A stretch of 37,366 nucleotides of DNA from an uncultured Staphylococcaceae bacterium (GTDB taxonomy: Bacteria > Bacillota_I > Bacilli_A > RFN20 > CAG-826): assembly GCA_964552695.1 (NCBI GenBank), contig CAZKHP010000002.1, positions 1-37,366 on the forward strand, written 5' to 3'. The translations under genes and the position numbers were made by a program. Position 1 is the first letter of the stretch, and every line of letters starts with the position of its first letter. Positions 23,501 through 31,872 of the stretch are shown piece after piece. Under the pieces are notes generated by a model. The model worked only from the letters and a program-made list of their open reading frames with translations, did not search any database and was not told the DNA's origin.

Positions 23501-23578
23501 AACCAAAACCACCGAAGAAATCATTCCGAGGATAAAGCTGGCGACAGTTTGGTCAAGGTCGTATTTAAGAGTTTTCAT
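20570..23578 (-). CDS. Large membrane-anchored signalling protein with degenerate GGDEF-like modules, a Cys4 motif and a partly degenerate C-terminal EAL domain
   Basis: Two TM helices after MKTLKYDL. There are GGDEF-like regions with YLPNTIALF and YSGNTLFVSF in place of GGDEF, and a CYKVFHNRDSICPNCP motif. The EAL-like end reads GGELVSRLY, NVS, LEISE, CLDNYTD (for DDFGTG), VKFERD, IEGIE, QGFYFAKP. I chose the start at M33 of the track ORF. The track start is GTG 23674 without an RBS, and a TATAAT box lies inside that extension. Confidence 0.75.
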   Translation of the reverse strand: MKTLKYDLDQTVASFILGMISSVVLVSAAIVINYFTINNAFLLVGLLILTLVLNGLFGFLIYRHVMTINSAINKGLAGISTKLYYGLTLAEKPKDGNKNIEELAVLENDVNELLERYSKLEPTISGEPIPEEVEKRIKAGGLLSKGEYNQAVFFLSQANASYRSAFILIRILNPDIQPFMGELVKGLREYFEEGVIGEYLPNTIALFLPKVNSLSLLKAKIENFYIHFVPTKVEKNRKGMEVAQIRIGGAIYPYTTRRDLERDALFALEKSKDYFIYLPAIRQSDISHRETFESVGRLFLLNAEALILEAKNVQNKDSFDKFIRQNLLKISSQFGFHNAGYLLLDASLDEFRVGFEDCRLHEHPTFQKLKRITFDDLQPIFAAVDASGAVYGSDVDSYPISLGKILTNLDIKTFHFQVIGNKERTYGLVYFCSSQKNRSLTVSEQTILNFAGALLGTFIKEVVHSDYERSKNELLEHVLKMDERYVYVIDKNTFSLNYLSSNLASFYKSQKTLGERCYKVFHNRDSICPNCPLKVGSKEIPMPLISPLPFLRSLMNFSANSHETAISIRPLRAALAETEPRYLDMDFSIKNRRRLELDVQNAVSDDRNGYLFSISLCNVPPTVSFEPDEVMSATLNLLCRKLENASFGDFIYRYSGNTLFVSFPEATRAAAFSMAESIYATAREIGGNDPKSPHFWMTIAAYPGDVRDAAAIEAMLTAGFKSTQKAGNDMMYVADNKKTRKAERKGYVLDLIREAVTKQKFEIYINPIMNINNTEPVGGELVSRLYDPNRGYISTSEFLATASEAHLLVDIEKALLYNVGEMWKNYGFDLFRQNGVERLAVNVSTDSVLDSGFREAVKQIVSRYKFPKGFLQLEISEKTVAEKENETRKFMKDLQGNNIVFCLDNYTDRVLDFQIAASLPFNCVKFERDLVRGIESDSSAFLSFDHLRAKIREMNNNIIIEGIETEDQANIVKRLNIRMVQGFYFAKPMSISDFLKFVGGGK

Positions 23579-23730
23579 AGATTTTCTTTCTTTTTCTTTA
23601 TTTATTATATTACATCGGTCTTGAACCAAAAGAAGAAACCTGCAAAATTTAGGCTTTTCCGCTTTTTTGCTCACGAACTCATAGATTTTCTACCATGGAT
23701 GAAAGGTATGCGTGATAAAATACAATCATC

Positions 23731-25080
23731 ATGGATAAGAATTTTGTTTGGGGCGCTGGCACTTCCGCCTACCAAATCGAGGGTGCTTTTAATGAAGACG
23801 GGCGTTCACCATCAATCTGGGACGTTTTTAGCCACACTCCCGGAAAAATCGAAAGGAAACACACGGGTGACGTGGCTTGCGATCACTACCATCGTTACAA
23901 AGGGGACGTAAAACTTTTGGCCGAACTCGGTGTGAAAGCCTATCGTTTTTCGATTTCCTGGAGTCGGGTCCTTCCTAATGGAATCGGAAACGTCAATCAA
24001 AAGGGATTAGCCTTTTATGACCGCCTTTTGGATGAACTCGAACGCTACGGTATTGAACCCTATGTCACGCTATATCACTGGGATTTGCCACAGATTTTGT
24101 TTGAGAAGGGTGGCTGGCTAAACCCAGAAATCCCAAGTTGGTTTGAATCTTTTGTCGACGTTGTGACCAAACATTTTGGCAAGCGTGTTAAAAACTATAT
24201 CACCATTAACGAACCGCAAATTATCGTCGAAGTCGGGATGCATAGTCACGAACACGCTCCGGGCATTATCTATTCCACTCGGGAATGTTTGCAAGCCTCC
24301 CATCATATCCTTTTGGCACACGGTCTAGCGGTACGGAAAATTCGGCAGAATGTTCCGGGAGCGCTCATTGGTTTTGCCCCATGTTCCGACTCGGTCGTTC
24401 CGCCTCATAACGATCCCCACTCAATTGAAGAAGCACGTCGATTGTTTTTTCACCTAAGGAAAGACAATTTTCATGTTGTTACTTTGTTTTCTGACCCTGT
24501 CTTTTTGGGTGATTATCCGAAGGAATACTACGAGATGTATCAAGAGGTCCTGCCTAAAATGGGCAAGGATGACTTGAAGATCATTTCGACACCAATCGAT
24601 TATTGCTATCAAAATGTTTATACCGGAGCGTACTGTGATCTTGATGTCTCTGGCAAAGGGTATATTAGGGATTTTCCCATTGGAAGCCCTCAATCCAATA
24701 TCGTTTGGGAAGATGTCGTTCCTGAGACCACCTATTGGACCCCTAAGTTTCTTTACGAACGCTATCACAAACCGATTTTCATCGGTGAAAACGGCATGTG
24801 TTGCCATGATTCGATCTCAAAGGATGGCAAAGTTCATGATCCCAACCGCATCGATTACATGGATCGTTACCTGACTGAACTCAAGAAAGTTCAAGAGGAC
24901 GGAATTCCGGTGGTCGGTTATTTCGCATGGTCATTATTAGATAATTTCGAATGGGCTTGGGGATACACCAAACGCTTCGGTATCGTTTACGTTGATTTCG
25001 GCACCCAAAAGCGCATCCCTAAAGACTCCTTTTACTTCTACCGCGATACAATTGCCACTCACGGAAAGAATCTTCGCTAA
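23731..25080 (+). CDS. bglA: GH1 beta-glucosidase
   Basis: WGAGTSAYQIEGA...ACDHYHRYKGDVKLLAELGVKAYRFSISWSRVLP, acid/base motif TINEP, nucleophile motif IGENGM, and C-terminal FAWSLLDNFEWAWGYTKRFGIVYVD. Confidence 0.9.
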   Translation: MDKNFVWGAGTSAYQIEGAFNEDGRSPSIWDVFSHTPGKIERKHTGDVACDHYHRYKGDVKLLAELGVKAYRFSISWSRVLPNGIGNVNQKGLAFYDRLLDELERYGIEPYVTLYHWDLPQILFEKGGWLNPEIPSWFESFVDVVTKHFGKRVKNYITINEPQIIVEVGMHSHEHAPGIIYSTRECLQASHHILLAHGLAVRKIRQNVPGALIGFAPCSDSVVPPHNDPHSIEEARRLFFHLRKDNFHVVTLFSDPVFLGDYPKEYYEMYQEVLPKMGKDDLKIISTPIDYCYQNVYTGAYCDLDVSGKGYIRDFPIGSPQSNIVWEDVVPETTYWTPKFLYERYHKPIFIGENGMCCHDSISKDGKVHDPNRIDYMDRYLTELKKVQEDGIPVVGYFAWSLLDNFEWAWGYTKRFGIVYVDFGTQKRIPKDSFYFYRDTIATHGKNLR

Positions 25081-25137
25081 AATTTCACTCGATCAACAGG
25101 TACTTCAATAGTGTTTATAATTTAGATAGAGGTATCT

Positions 25138-25959
25138 ATGGAAACAAAACTTGGATTAGTAAATCTTCCAAAACTTTCTGCCCGCCCAAAACAAACCAAC
25201 AAGTATGATTATGGAAGTGTTTTGATTATTGGAGGAAGCGTAGGTTTTTTTGGTGCTCCCGCTTTAAGCGCTTTGGCCGCCTATCGAAGTGGCTCTGGAC
25301 TCGTCACGGTTTTAGTCCAAAAAAAAGACTATCCTTTTTATCAAAACCTCAACCCTGAGGTTATGGTTCGTCCTTATGAAAACCTCCATGATTTGAACGA
25401 AGCACTCATTAAAAAAGACGCCGTCTTGTTTGGCCCAGGGCTTCGGGGTGATGATTCTCTTAACGAAGATGTTCTGTGGCTCCTTTTACAAAAAAATATC
25501 CCCCTCGTGATCGATGCTTCAGGTTTAACTACCTTAAAACGACTCCTCGATGAAGACCGAAAATTTGATGATGTCGTGGTGACTCCACATATAGGGGAAG
25601 CTAAAAGGCTGCTGGATACCGAAGAACCTCTCAAAGAGGTCGAACGGTTGACACAAAAAGGAATGACCGTCGTTTTAAAAGGAGCCGATGTCTGGATTGC
25701 CAATAAAAAAGAGCTATATTTAGCCGATCGAGGTAACCCCGGAATGGCAACTGCCGGATCGGGTGACGTGTTAGCAGGAATCATCGTCAGTTATTTGGGA
25801 CAAAAAAAACTGCCGATCGAAGCCGCCCAACTTGGCGTCTACATACATCAATCGGCAGGGGGGTTGGCTAAAGACGAGGTTGGAGAAGAGAGCTTAATGG
25901 CTTCCGATATCATCCGATATCTCCCGAAAGCCATTCAAGAACTCAAAACGAAGCAATAA
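25138..25959 (+). CDS. nnrD: ADP/ATP-dependent NAD(P)H-hydrate dehydratase (YjeF C-terminal/YxkO family)
   Basis: YDYGSVLIIGGSVGFFGAPALSALAAYRSGSGLVTV, VVTPHIGEAKRLL, VVLKGADVWIA, NPGMATAGSGDVLAGII. Confidence 0.88.
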   Translation: METKLGLVNLPKLSARPKQTNKYDYGSVLIIGGSVGFFGAPALSALAAYRSGSGLVTVLVQKKDYPFYQNLNPEVMVRPYENLHDLNEALIKKDAVLFGPGLRGDDSLNEDVLWLLLQKNIPLVIDASGLTTLKRLLDEDRKFDDVVVTPHIGEAKRLLDTEEPLKEVERLTQKGMTVVLKGADVWIANKKELYLADRGNPGMATAGSGDVLAGIIVSYLGQKKLPIEAAQLGVYIHQSAGGLAKDEVGEESLMASDIIRYLPKAIQELKTKQ

Positions 25960-25966
25960 TTCGAAG

Positions 25967-25987
25967 GCCGCGAGAGCGGCTTTTTTT
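25967..25987 (+). terminator. Intrinsic terminator after nnrD
   Basis: GCCGC-GAGA-GCGGC followed by TTTTTTT. It overlaps the stop of the convergent lipoprotein gene. Confidence 0.75.
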
Positions 25988-26456
25988 ATGAAACGCTCCG
26001 AATATAGGAGTTTAGTTCACGCGCGTTCAACTTTTCAATCTTGTATCCCGGGTATTCGTCAATGTGTTGTTCCGCATAAACGATGTCTTCATATTCGGAT
26101 TGCCAGTTGGGGAGAGCGGATTGATACGCGGAATCATCAAACTCGGCTTGGGTCGTGGCCATGATGCCTTCGATCGTAAACTCAGTTGTGCTGTCATCAT
26201 AATAGAAATCCATGTATCCCGCGAAACCGTTGGTCGTGATGTCATAGGATACTAAATAGGTGTCCTTGTAAGCTTCTTCGGTGTAGGAAATGAAATAAGC
26301 ACTGGTAATGGAAAGCTCGGGCATAACGGTATCAAGCAAGAAGTATTGGTCAATACCCATTTTGGCTATTTTTGAACCCGTTCCGCATCCAACCAAACCG
26401 ATAGCGCTGGCAGACAGTAGTGTCAAAGCACCGATACGTGAAAAAACCTTATTCAT
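25986..26456 (-). CDS. Small lipoprotein of unknown function
   Basis: 156-aa ORF with the lipobox signal MNKVFSRIGALTLLSASAIGLVGCGTGS and RBS AAGAGGATTT. Confidence 0.7.
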   Translation of the reverse strand: MNKVFSRIGALTLLSASAIGLVGCGTGSKIAKMGIDQYFLLDTVMPELSITSAYFISYTEEAYKDTYLVSYDITTNGFAGYMDFYYDDSTTEFTIEGIMATTQAEFDDSAYQSALPNWQSEYEDIVYAEQHIDEYPGYKIEKLNARELNSYIRSVS

Positions 26457-26694
26457 GAAAATCCTCTTTCTGCTTTTTAGCTACTTCAATTATACGAAAA
26501 AAGCCCAGCAAAAAGGCTTTAAAAAGAAGCGTTTAAGTAAAATGTGTTGATGGCAAAAGTGTTTATCGCCACGACACTTGTCGCAAATAAATACCATCGA
26601 AACAAAAAAGAAAGGAAATCGTTAGTTTTTACACGACTCCAAACCAACGCAATATCGGGAATAAAAAACACGCTTTCTGAAGTTCAAAGTCTTT

Positions 26695-26723
26695 TTGAGC
26701 CACAGACGGGTATTTGATATAAT
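26695..26723 (+). promoter_or_regulatory. Sigma-A-type promoter with extended -10
   Basis: TTGAGC - 17 nt - TATAAT with an upstream TG (TGATATAAT), 25 nt before the ATG at 26748. Confidence 0.6.
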
Positions 26724-26747
26724 GTCAAAGGTACGCGGAGGTAATTC

Positions 26748-27245
26748 ATGGAAAGCATTAAACCAGAAGAACTCGAGTTAAAAGTTTTTTCCCGTATCGG
26801 TTTGGATTGGTTTTTGGTCTGCGCCGAGAAAGAAGGAAAAATCAACGCCCTTACCGCCTCTTGGGGACAGATGGGGCAACTTTGGAATAAATGGGTTTTT
26901 ACCATATATATCAGACCGCAAAGGTATACCAAAGAATTTATTGACCATTCCGAACGTTTTTCACTTTCTTTCTTCAACGGGAAACATGACGAAATGTCTT
27001 ATATTGGAACTCATTCCGGGCGGGATGTGCCAACGAAAATTGAAAAAGTTGGGCTTCATCGGGAAGATATTGACGGCGTTCCCGCTTTCCAAGAAGCTAA
27101 CTTGATTTTCATTTGCCGCAAACTGTATGTTCAACCCCTTCAAAAAGAGTGCTTCCTCGATCCGAAACTGGCGGATCGGAATTACCGTCAAGGCGATTTC
27201 TCGGTTGCATACATCGCTGAAATCGAAAAAATTTACCGTCGCTGA
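26748..27245 (+). CDS. Flavin reductase-like (FMN-binding split-barrel) domain protein
   Basis: 165-aa ORF. Size and pattern fit the flavin-reductase-like/DIM6 fold (GKINALTASWGQMGQLWNKWVFTIYIRPQRYT). RBS GGAGG. Confidence 0.6.
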   Translation: MESIKPEELELKVFSRIGLDWFLVCAEKEGKINALTASWGQMGQLWNKWVFTIYIRPQRYTKEFIDHSERFSLSFFNGKHDEMSYIGTHSGRDVPTKIEKVGLHREDIDGVPAFQEANLIFICRKLYVQPLQKECFLDPKLADRNYRQGDFSVAYIAEIEKIYRR

Positions 27246-27256
27246 AAGGAACACCT

Positions 27257-28525
27257 ATGAAACGCACATTGGCCCAAAAACTGGTTCACCGAAAAATCAA
27301 AAAACCGCCGTTTATTCTTTACAATTTGTTGGGCCGTGTCTGGCAACTCCTGTTCTTTAAAAAGCTGAATGTGTCCGTTGAGTATCGTCAGGACCCGCGG
27401 AAAACCAAGGGGCCTTATATCGTTGTATCAAACCACGCTTCCCGCCTTGACTATATTTACTCCGGGATTCCTTTGCTCCCACACACTTATAATTATGTTG
27501 CCGGGTATAACGAATTTTTCCGGTCTCATTTGCGCGGTATTTTCCACCTTTTGCAAATCATTCCGAAGAGAAATTTTACCGCCGATATCTATACCATAAC
27601 CCAAATCAAACGCATCATTAAAAAAGGCGGACGAATTGTCATTTTTCCCGAAGGTATGAGTTCTATTTCCGGTTCCAATCAACCCTGTGCGTTAGGAACT
27701 GGAAAACTGCTGAAACACTTGGGTGTTCCAGTTTTTGTGATGAACATCAAAGGCGGATATCTGACCAGCACGAAGTATTGCTTGGATGAAAGACCCGGCC
27801 GAGTTGATGTGGTGGTTGATCGTCTTTTCACACCAGAAGAACTTACGGGTATGTCCGATGAAGCGATTCAAAAACGTGTTGACGAAGCCATTCATCACGA
27901 CGATTACGCTTGGAACAAACAGGTTAAAGCGGCTTATGACGGCCATGGTTCATTGGCCAAAAATATGGGAGATTTGCTGTATTTATGTCCTCGTTGCGAC
28001 AGTGAACATACGATGGTTGGAGAAGGCAATGGTCTCAAATGTTCGCATTGCGGAAATGGTGCTACGCTCAATGAATACTACGACTTGGTTCCGCTCGATG
28101 AGCAATGCGTGATCCCCGAGACGCCACGGGTTTGGTTTGACCTTCAACGCGAAAAAATAAAAAAAGAAATCTCGGCCCCCGGTTTCGAGATGCGCATGGA
28201 GGCAGACTTAGGCATGCTTCCCGAGTATCAACCATTAAAAGATCAAAAGACCTCCGAAATTGTAGGATCAGGTATGATCGTTCTTAATCACAACGGTTTT
28301 TCTTTTGAGGGCTTGCGGAAAGGTCAACCGTTTAGTTTCCATTTGATGCCCAGTGAAGTACCTACGTATGGGATGTGTACCGATGTAACCCGTTTTTACA
28401 CATTTTTCGACGGAACATTCTATGAATTTTATCCAAAACGGAATATTGTCATGAAATGGTTTTTGGCCACCGAGGAAATTCATCGCCTCAGAGGTGGCAA
28501 ATGGCAGGATTTTCCAAAAAAATAA
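27257..28525 (+). CDS. PlsC-family (lysophospholipid) acyltransferase with a C-terminal extension containing a Cys4 zinc-ribbon-like motif
   Basis: Acyltransferase HX4D block VSNHASRLD and FPEGMSS block. A CPRCDS...CSHCGN motif follows further downstream. Confidence 0.75.
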   Translation: MKRTLAQKLVHRKIKKPPFILYNLLGRVWQLLFFKKLNVSVEYRQDPRKTKGPYIVVSNHASRLDYIYSGIPLLPHTYNYVAGYNEFFRSHLRGIFHLLQIIPKRNFTADIYTITQIKRIIKKGGRIVIFPEGMSSISGSNQPCALGTGKLLKHLGVPVFVMNIKGGYLTSTKYCLDERPGRVDVVVDRLFTPEELTGMSDEAIQKRVDEAIHHDDYAWNKQVKAAYDGHGSLAKNMGDLLYLCPRCDSEHTMVGEGNGLKCSHCGNGATLNEYYDLVPLDEQCVIPETPRVWFDLQREKIKKEISAPGFEMRMEADLGMLPEYQPLKDQKTSEIVGSGMIVLNHNGFSFEGLRKGQPFSFHLMPSEVPTYGMCTDVTRFYTFFDGTFYEFYPKRNIVMKWFLATEEIHRLRGGKWQDFPKK

Positions 28526-28554
28526 AAATGTTTTGACAGTCGCAAAAAAAGATT

Positions 28555-28577
28555 AAATCCTTTTCTAAGGATTTTTT
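28555..28577 (+). terminator. Intrinsic terminator after the acyltransferase gene
   Basis: AAATCCTT-TTCT-AAGGATTT followed by TTT. Confidence 0.65.
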
Positions 28578-28701
28578 CCTTGTGTTCATCGGCATTTCTT
28601 GAAGGGCTACTGTGCGCACACGTTCTTTTGTCACTTGAAATCGCTTCCATTTTGTTATATCATATTAGGGAAATCGGTTTCCCCCATTCATGGAGTAACA
28701 A

Positions 28702-31700
28702 ATGAATATAATCAACGAATTCAAGCTGGAGAATTATCAACAGGAACGCCCTTTTGCGAGTTTCCTTTCAGGAATTTCAGGAAAAAAGGGTATTCCGATG
28801 TGGTCTTTTTACGTTAATCGCGGTCAAGGAATGGCGTCTTTTGGTCTTCACGACAAAAACGGTGCCATCATGGAATTTTTCCCTGCCAACGCCATCTATC
28901 GCCATATTTCCCGAATCGGTTTTCGGACTTTTATCAAGATTAATGGGAAAGTAGAAGAATTTTTCGTAGAACATAACCCTGGGCAAACGATGGTGATCCG
29001 TCCCGATCAATTCTCGATCATCGAAGAAAATAAGAATATGGGTATCCGTGTCGCGATAACCTATTTTACCTTACCAAATGAATTTTTGGCCGGCCTCGTC
29101 CGTAAAGTAGAAGTGACGAATCTTTCCGACGAACCCAAAGACATCGAACTTGTGGATGGGCTAGCGCAGCTTTTGACCAGTGGCCTTGATTACGGCGGAT
29201 ACAAAGCCGTTTCCAACCTTCTCCAAAGCTGGATGGAAAGTGAAAACAATCCAGACTATATGTTTTTCACGCTTCGTGCTTCGACCGGTGACTCGGCGAA
29301 AGTCCAAGACACCGTGGACGGAAACTTCTATTTGACCGCTTCTAAAGAAAAAAAGGTTTACATCAGCGATTGCGGAGTTCTTTTTGGCGAAGATACATCG
29401 TTGGCGACGCCGCATGGTTTTGAAGCTCATGACGTCAAAGAACTGTCAAAGATGCCGCAAACGCATGTGAACCAAATACCCTGTGGTTTTACCGCGATGA
29501 GCGTTCATTTGAAAAAGCACTTGGTTTTCCACACCTTGATCGGTCACGCCAACAATCGTCAGGAAATCATCAAGCTTTTAGACACCCTCACTCCCGAATA
29601 TTTTTCGAAAAAAGAAGAAGAAAACCGTTTGTTGCACGAACGTCTCTCACAACCGGTTCAAACCAAAACCGCCTATCCGATTTTGGATGCCTATTTCAAA
29701 CAATGTTTCTTGGATAACGTGATTCGTGGCGGAGTGCCGATGATCGTCAACACGCTTGACGGCACCATCGGGTATCATATTTTCTCCCGTAAACACGGCG
29801 ACCTTGAACGCGATTATAACTTTTTCAGCATTGAGCCGGCTTATTTCTCGCAAGGCAACGGAGCCTTCCGCGATGTTTTGCAAAATCGCCGCAACGACCT
29901 CTTCTTTGAGCCCCGTCTGGGTGATTTCAACCTGCGTCAATTCGGAAGTTTGATTCAGGCGGATGGCTACAATCCGTTAAGCGTCGAAGGCATTAAGTTT
30001 ACCTACGCCGGCGACTTGTCCAAATATCCCGAAAACATAGTGGCCGTGCTGAAAGGCGAATTTACCCCGGGGACCCTTTACACCCAATTGGTGGCCGCCA
30101 AAATGGATGGCGAGAAAAAACTCGAGGAGATTTTGGCTCAGTCCCATTACGACATCAAAGCCTCCTTTGGAGAAGGCTATTGGGAAGACCATTTCACCTA
30201 TCTTTTTGATTTAGTGGAAACCTATTTGGCGCTTTTCCCCGACAAAGAAGAAAAAATGCTGTTCACCGCAGACTACCCTTTCTTTGTTTCGCCGGTTTAT
30301 GTTCTTCCCAGAAAAGAAAAATATGTTTTGAACGCGAACGGAAAAGTCCGGCAATATGACGCGGTCCATCACATCCCGAATGCTCCCGGAAGCGCTTGGC
30401 TTAAAGGCGCGGACAATCAAAAAATCCGTGTCGACCTTTTTGGAAAACTGTTGACGCTTGCTTTGAATAAATTCGCCCATTTGGATCCGGCCGGCATCGG
30501 GCTTTCCTACGAAGCCGAGAAACCGGGTTGGAACGACGCGATGAACGGTGTCCCCGGTCTTTGCGGTTCAGGCGTTTCCGAAACAATCGAACTCAAAAAG
30601 TTGGTCGATTTCCTGTTGGCCTCGGCGAATCGCTATCCCGAGAACGAAGTCCGTTTGCTGGATGCGACCTGCAAGTTTGCCAAAACCCTTAACGGAATCG
30701 ATGAAAAAACCACGTTCAAAGCGTGGGATAAACGCATGGATGCCTTGGAAGCCTACCGCGAATCGTTGAAACTTCCTCAAAAAACTTGCTTAGGCACCTG
30801 TTCCGATAGCCTTTCGATACTAAAGAAAATGGATAAAGAATTATCGCTTGCCCTCAAACGCGCCAAAGAAGTCCGCGATATTTATCCAACCTATTTAACC
30901 TTTGAAGCGGACCACTATGAAACGTTGACTGAAAACGGCGAAATCAAAAAAGCAGCCAACGGGTTACCCTTGGTTCGCGTCACCTCCTTTACGATGAAAC
31001 CGTTGCCTGCCTTCTTGGAAGCTCCGGCCCGTTATTTATCGAGCCTCAGCGATGTCAAGGAAGCCAAAGCGATGTATCAAACCATTCACACGCTTCCGCT
31101 TTACGACAAAGCCAACAAGTTCTATCAAACCAGCGAACCGCTCGATGCATGGACCAACGAAATCGGTCGGATCCGGGCATTTACTCCGGGATGGCTGGAA
31201 CGTGAATCGAACTTCCTGCATATGACCTATAAATACATGTTGGGTCTGCTCAAAGCCGGCTTGTACGATGAATTCTTCAGTGAAATCAAAACCAATCTGA
31301 CCTGCTTCATGGATCCCAAAATCTACGGCCGTTCGCCCCTCGAGAACTCGTCATTCATTGCCACGAGTTCCAACCCCGACCCGAAAAAACGCGGTCAAGG
31401 CTTCTACGCCCGTTTGAGCGGGTCAACCGCCGAAATCCTCTCCATGTGGAGGTTCATGTTCTTAGGTAAACATCCCTTTGTTTACCAAGACGGAAAGCTT
31501 CGTTTCCAACTGGAACCGGTCCTACCCAAAGAGATGTTCGTCGATGGGGTTGTGGAAAGCACCTTATTTGGTTCCATCAAGATCGTGCTTCATAATGAAG
31601 GCACAGTCGATACGTACGCCGAAGGCGTTCGCGTCGGGAAATATAGCGTGCAATCATTGTCTCAACAAGCGCAAGTCATTGTCGGTCACTGCATAGAGGG

Positions 31701-31782
31701 ACCTTTAGCGCATGCCATTCGTAATGGTCAGGTCTCCGAAATCCATGCGTATATCGAAGGAGGATCGAAACCGAACGATTAA
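28702..31782 (+). CDS. Large cytoplasmic GH94/GH149/GH161-like glycoside phosphorylase-type protein (cellobiose-phosphorylase superfamily)
   Basis: 1026-aa ORF with no signal peptide. The N-terminus FLSGISGKKGIPMWSFYVNRGQGMASFG recalls cellobiose-phosphorylase-like annotated proteins of Firmicutes. PGWNDAMNG contains the W-N-D catalytic-acid motif of GH94-type phosphorylases. The context is a GH1 enzyme, CBM-rich lipoprotein and sugar-binding protein. The subfamily cannot be assigned by eye. Confidence 0.55.
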   Translation: MNIINEFKLENYQQERPFASFLSGISGKKGIPMWSFYVNRGQGMASFGLHDKNGAIMEFFPANAIYRHISRIGFRTFIKINGKVEEFFVEHNPGQTMVIRPDQFSIIEENKNMGIRVAITYFTLPNEFLAGLVRKVEVTNLSDEPKDIELVDGLAQLLTSGLDYGGYKAVSNLLQSWMESENNPDYMFFTLRASTGDSAKVQDTVDGNFYLTASKEKKVYISDCGVLFGEDTSLATPHGFEAHDVKELSKMPQTHVNQIPCGFTAMSVHLKKHLVFHTLIGHANNRQEIIKLLDTLTPEYFSKKEEENRLLHERLSQPVQTKTAYPILDAYFKQCFLDNVIRGGVPMIVNTLDGTIGYHIFSRKHGDLERDYNFFSIEPAYFSQGNGAFRDVLQNRRNDLFFEPRLGDFNLRQFGSLIQADGYNPLSVEGIKFTYAGDLSKYPENIVAVLKGEFTPGTLYTQLVAAKMDGEKKLEEILAQSHYDIKASFGEGYWEDHFTYLFDLVETYLALFPDKEEKMLFTADYPFFVSPVYVLPRKEKYVLNANGKVRQYDAVHHIPNAPGSAWLKGADNQKIRVDLFGKLLTLALNKFAHLDPAGIGLSYEAEKPGWNDAMNGVPGLCGSGVSETIELKKLVDFLLASANRYPENEVRLLDATCKFAKTLNGIDEKTTFKAWDKRMDALEAYRESLKLPQKTCLGTCSDSLSILKKMDKELSLALKRAKEVRDIYPTYLTFEADHYETLTENGEIKKAANGLPLVRVTSFTMKPLPAFLEAPARYLSSLSDVKEAKAMYQTIHTLPLYDKANKFYQTSEPLDAWTNEIGRIRAFTPGWLERESNFLHMTYKYMLGLLKAGLYDEFFSEIKTNLTCFMDPKIYGRSPLENSSFIATSSNPDPKKRGQGFYARLSGSTAEILSMWRFMFLGKHPFVYQDGKLRFQLEPVLPKEMFVDGVVESTLFGSIKIVLHNEGTVDTYAEGVRVGKYSVQSLSQQAQVIVGHCIEGPLAHAIRNGQVSEIHAYIEGGSKPND

Positions 31783-31872
31783 ATCACTCAGGATGAACGC
31801 GGCCAGGGAACGCCGCCAAAATAGTGCCGAGTCGATCAAACATTCATTTCGAAAGGAGAAAAACAAATCGAT

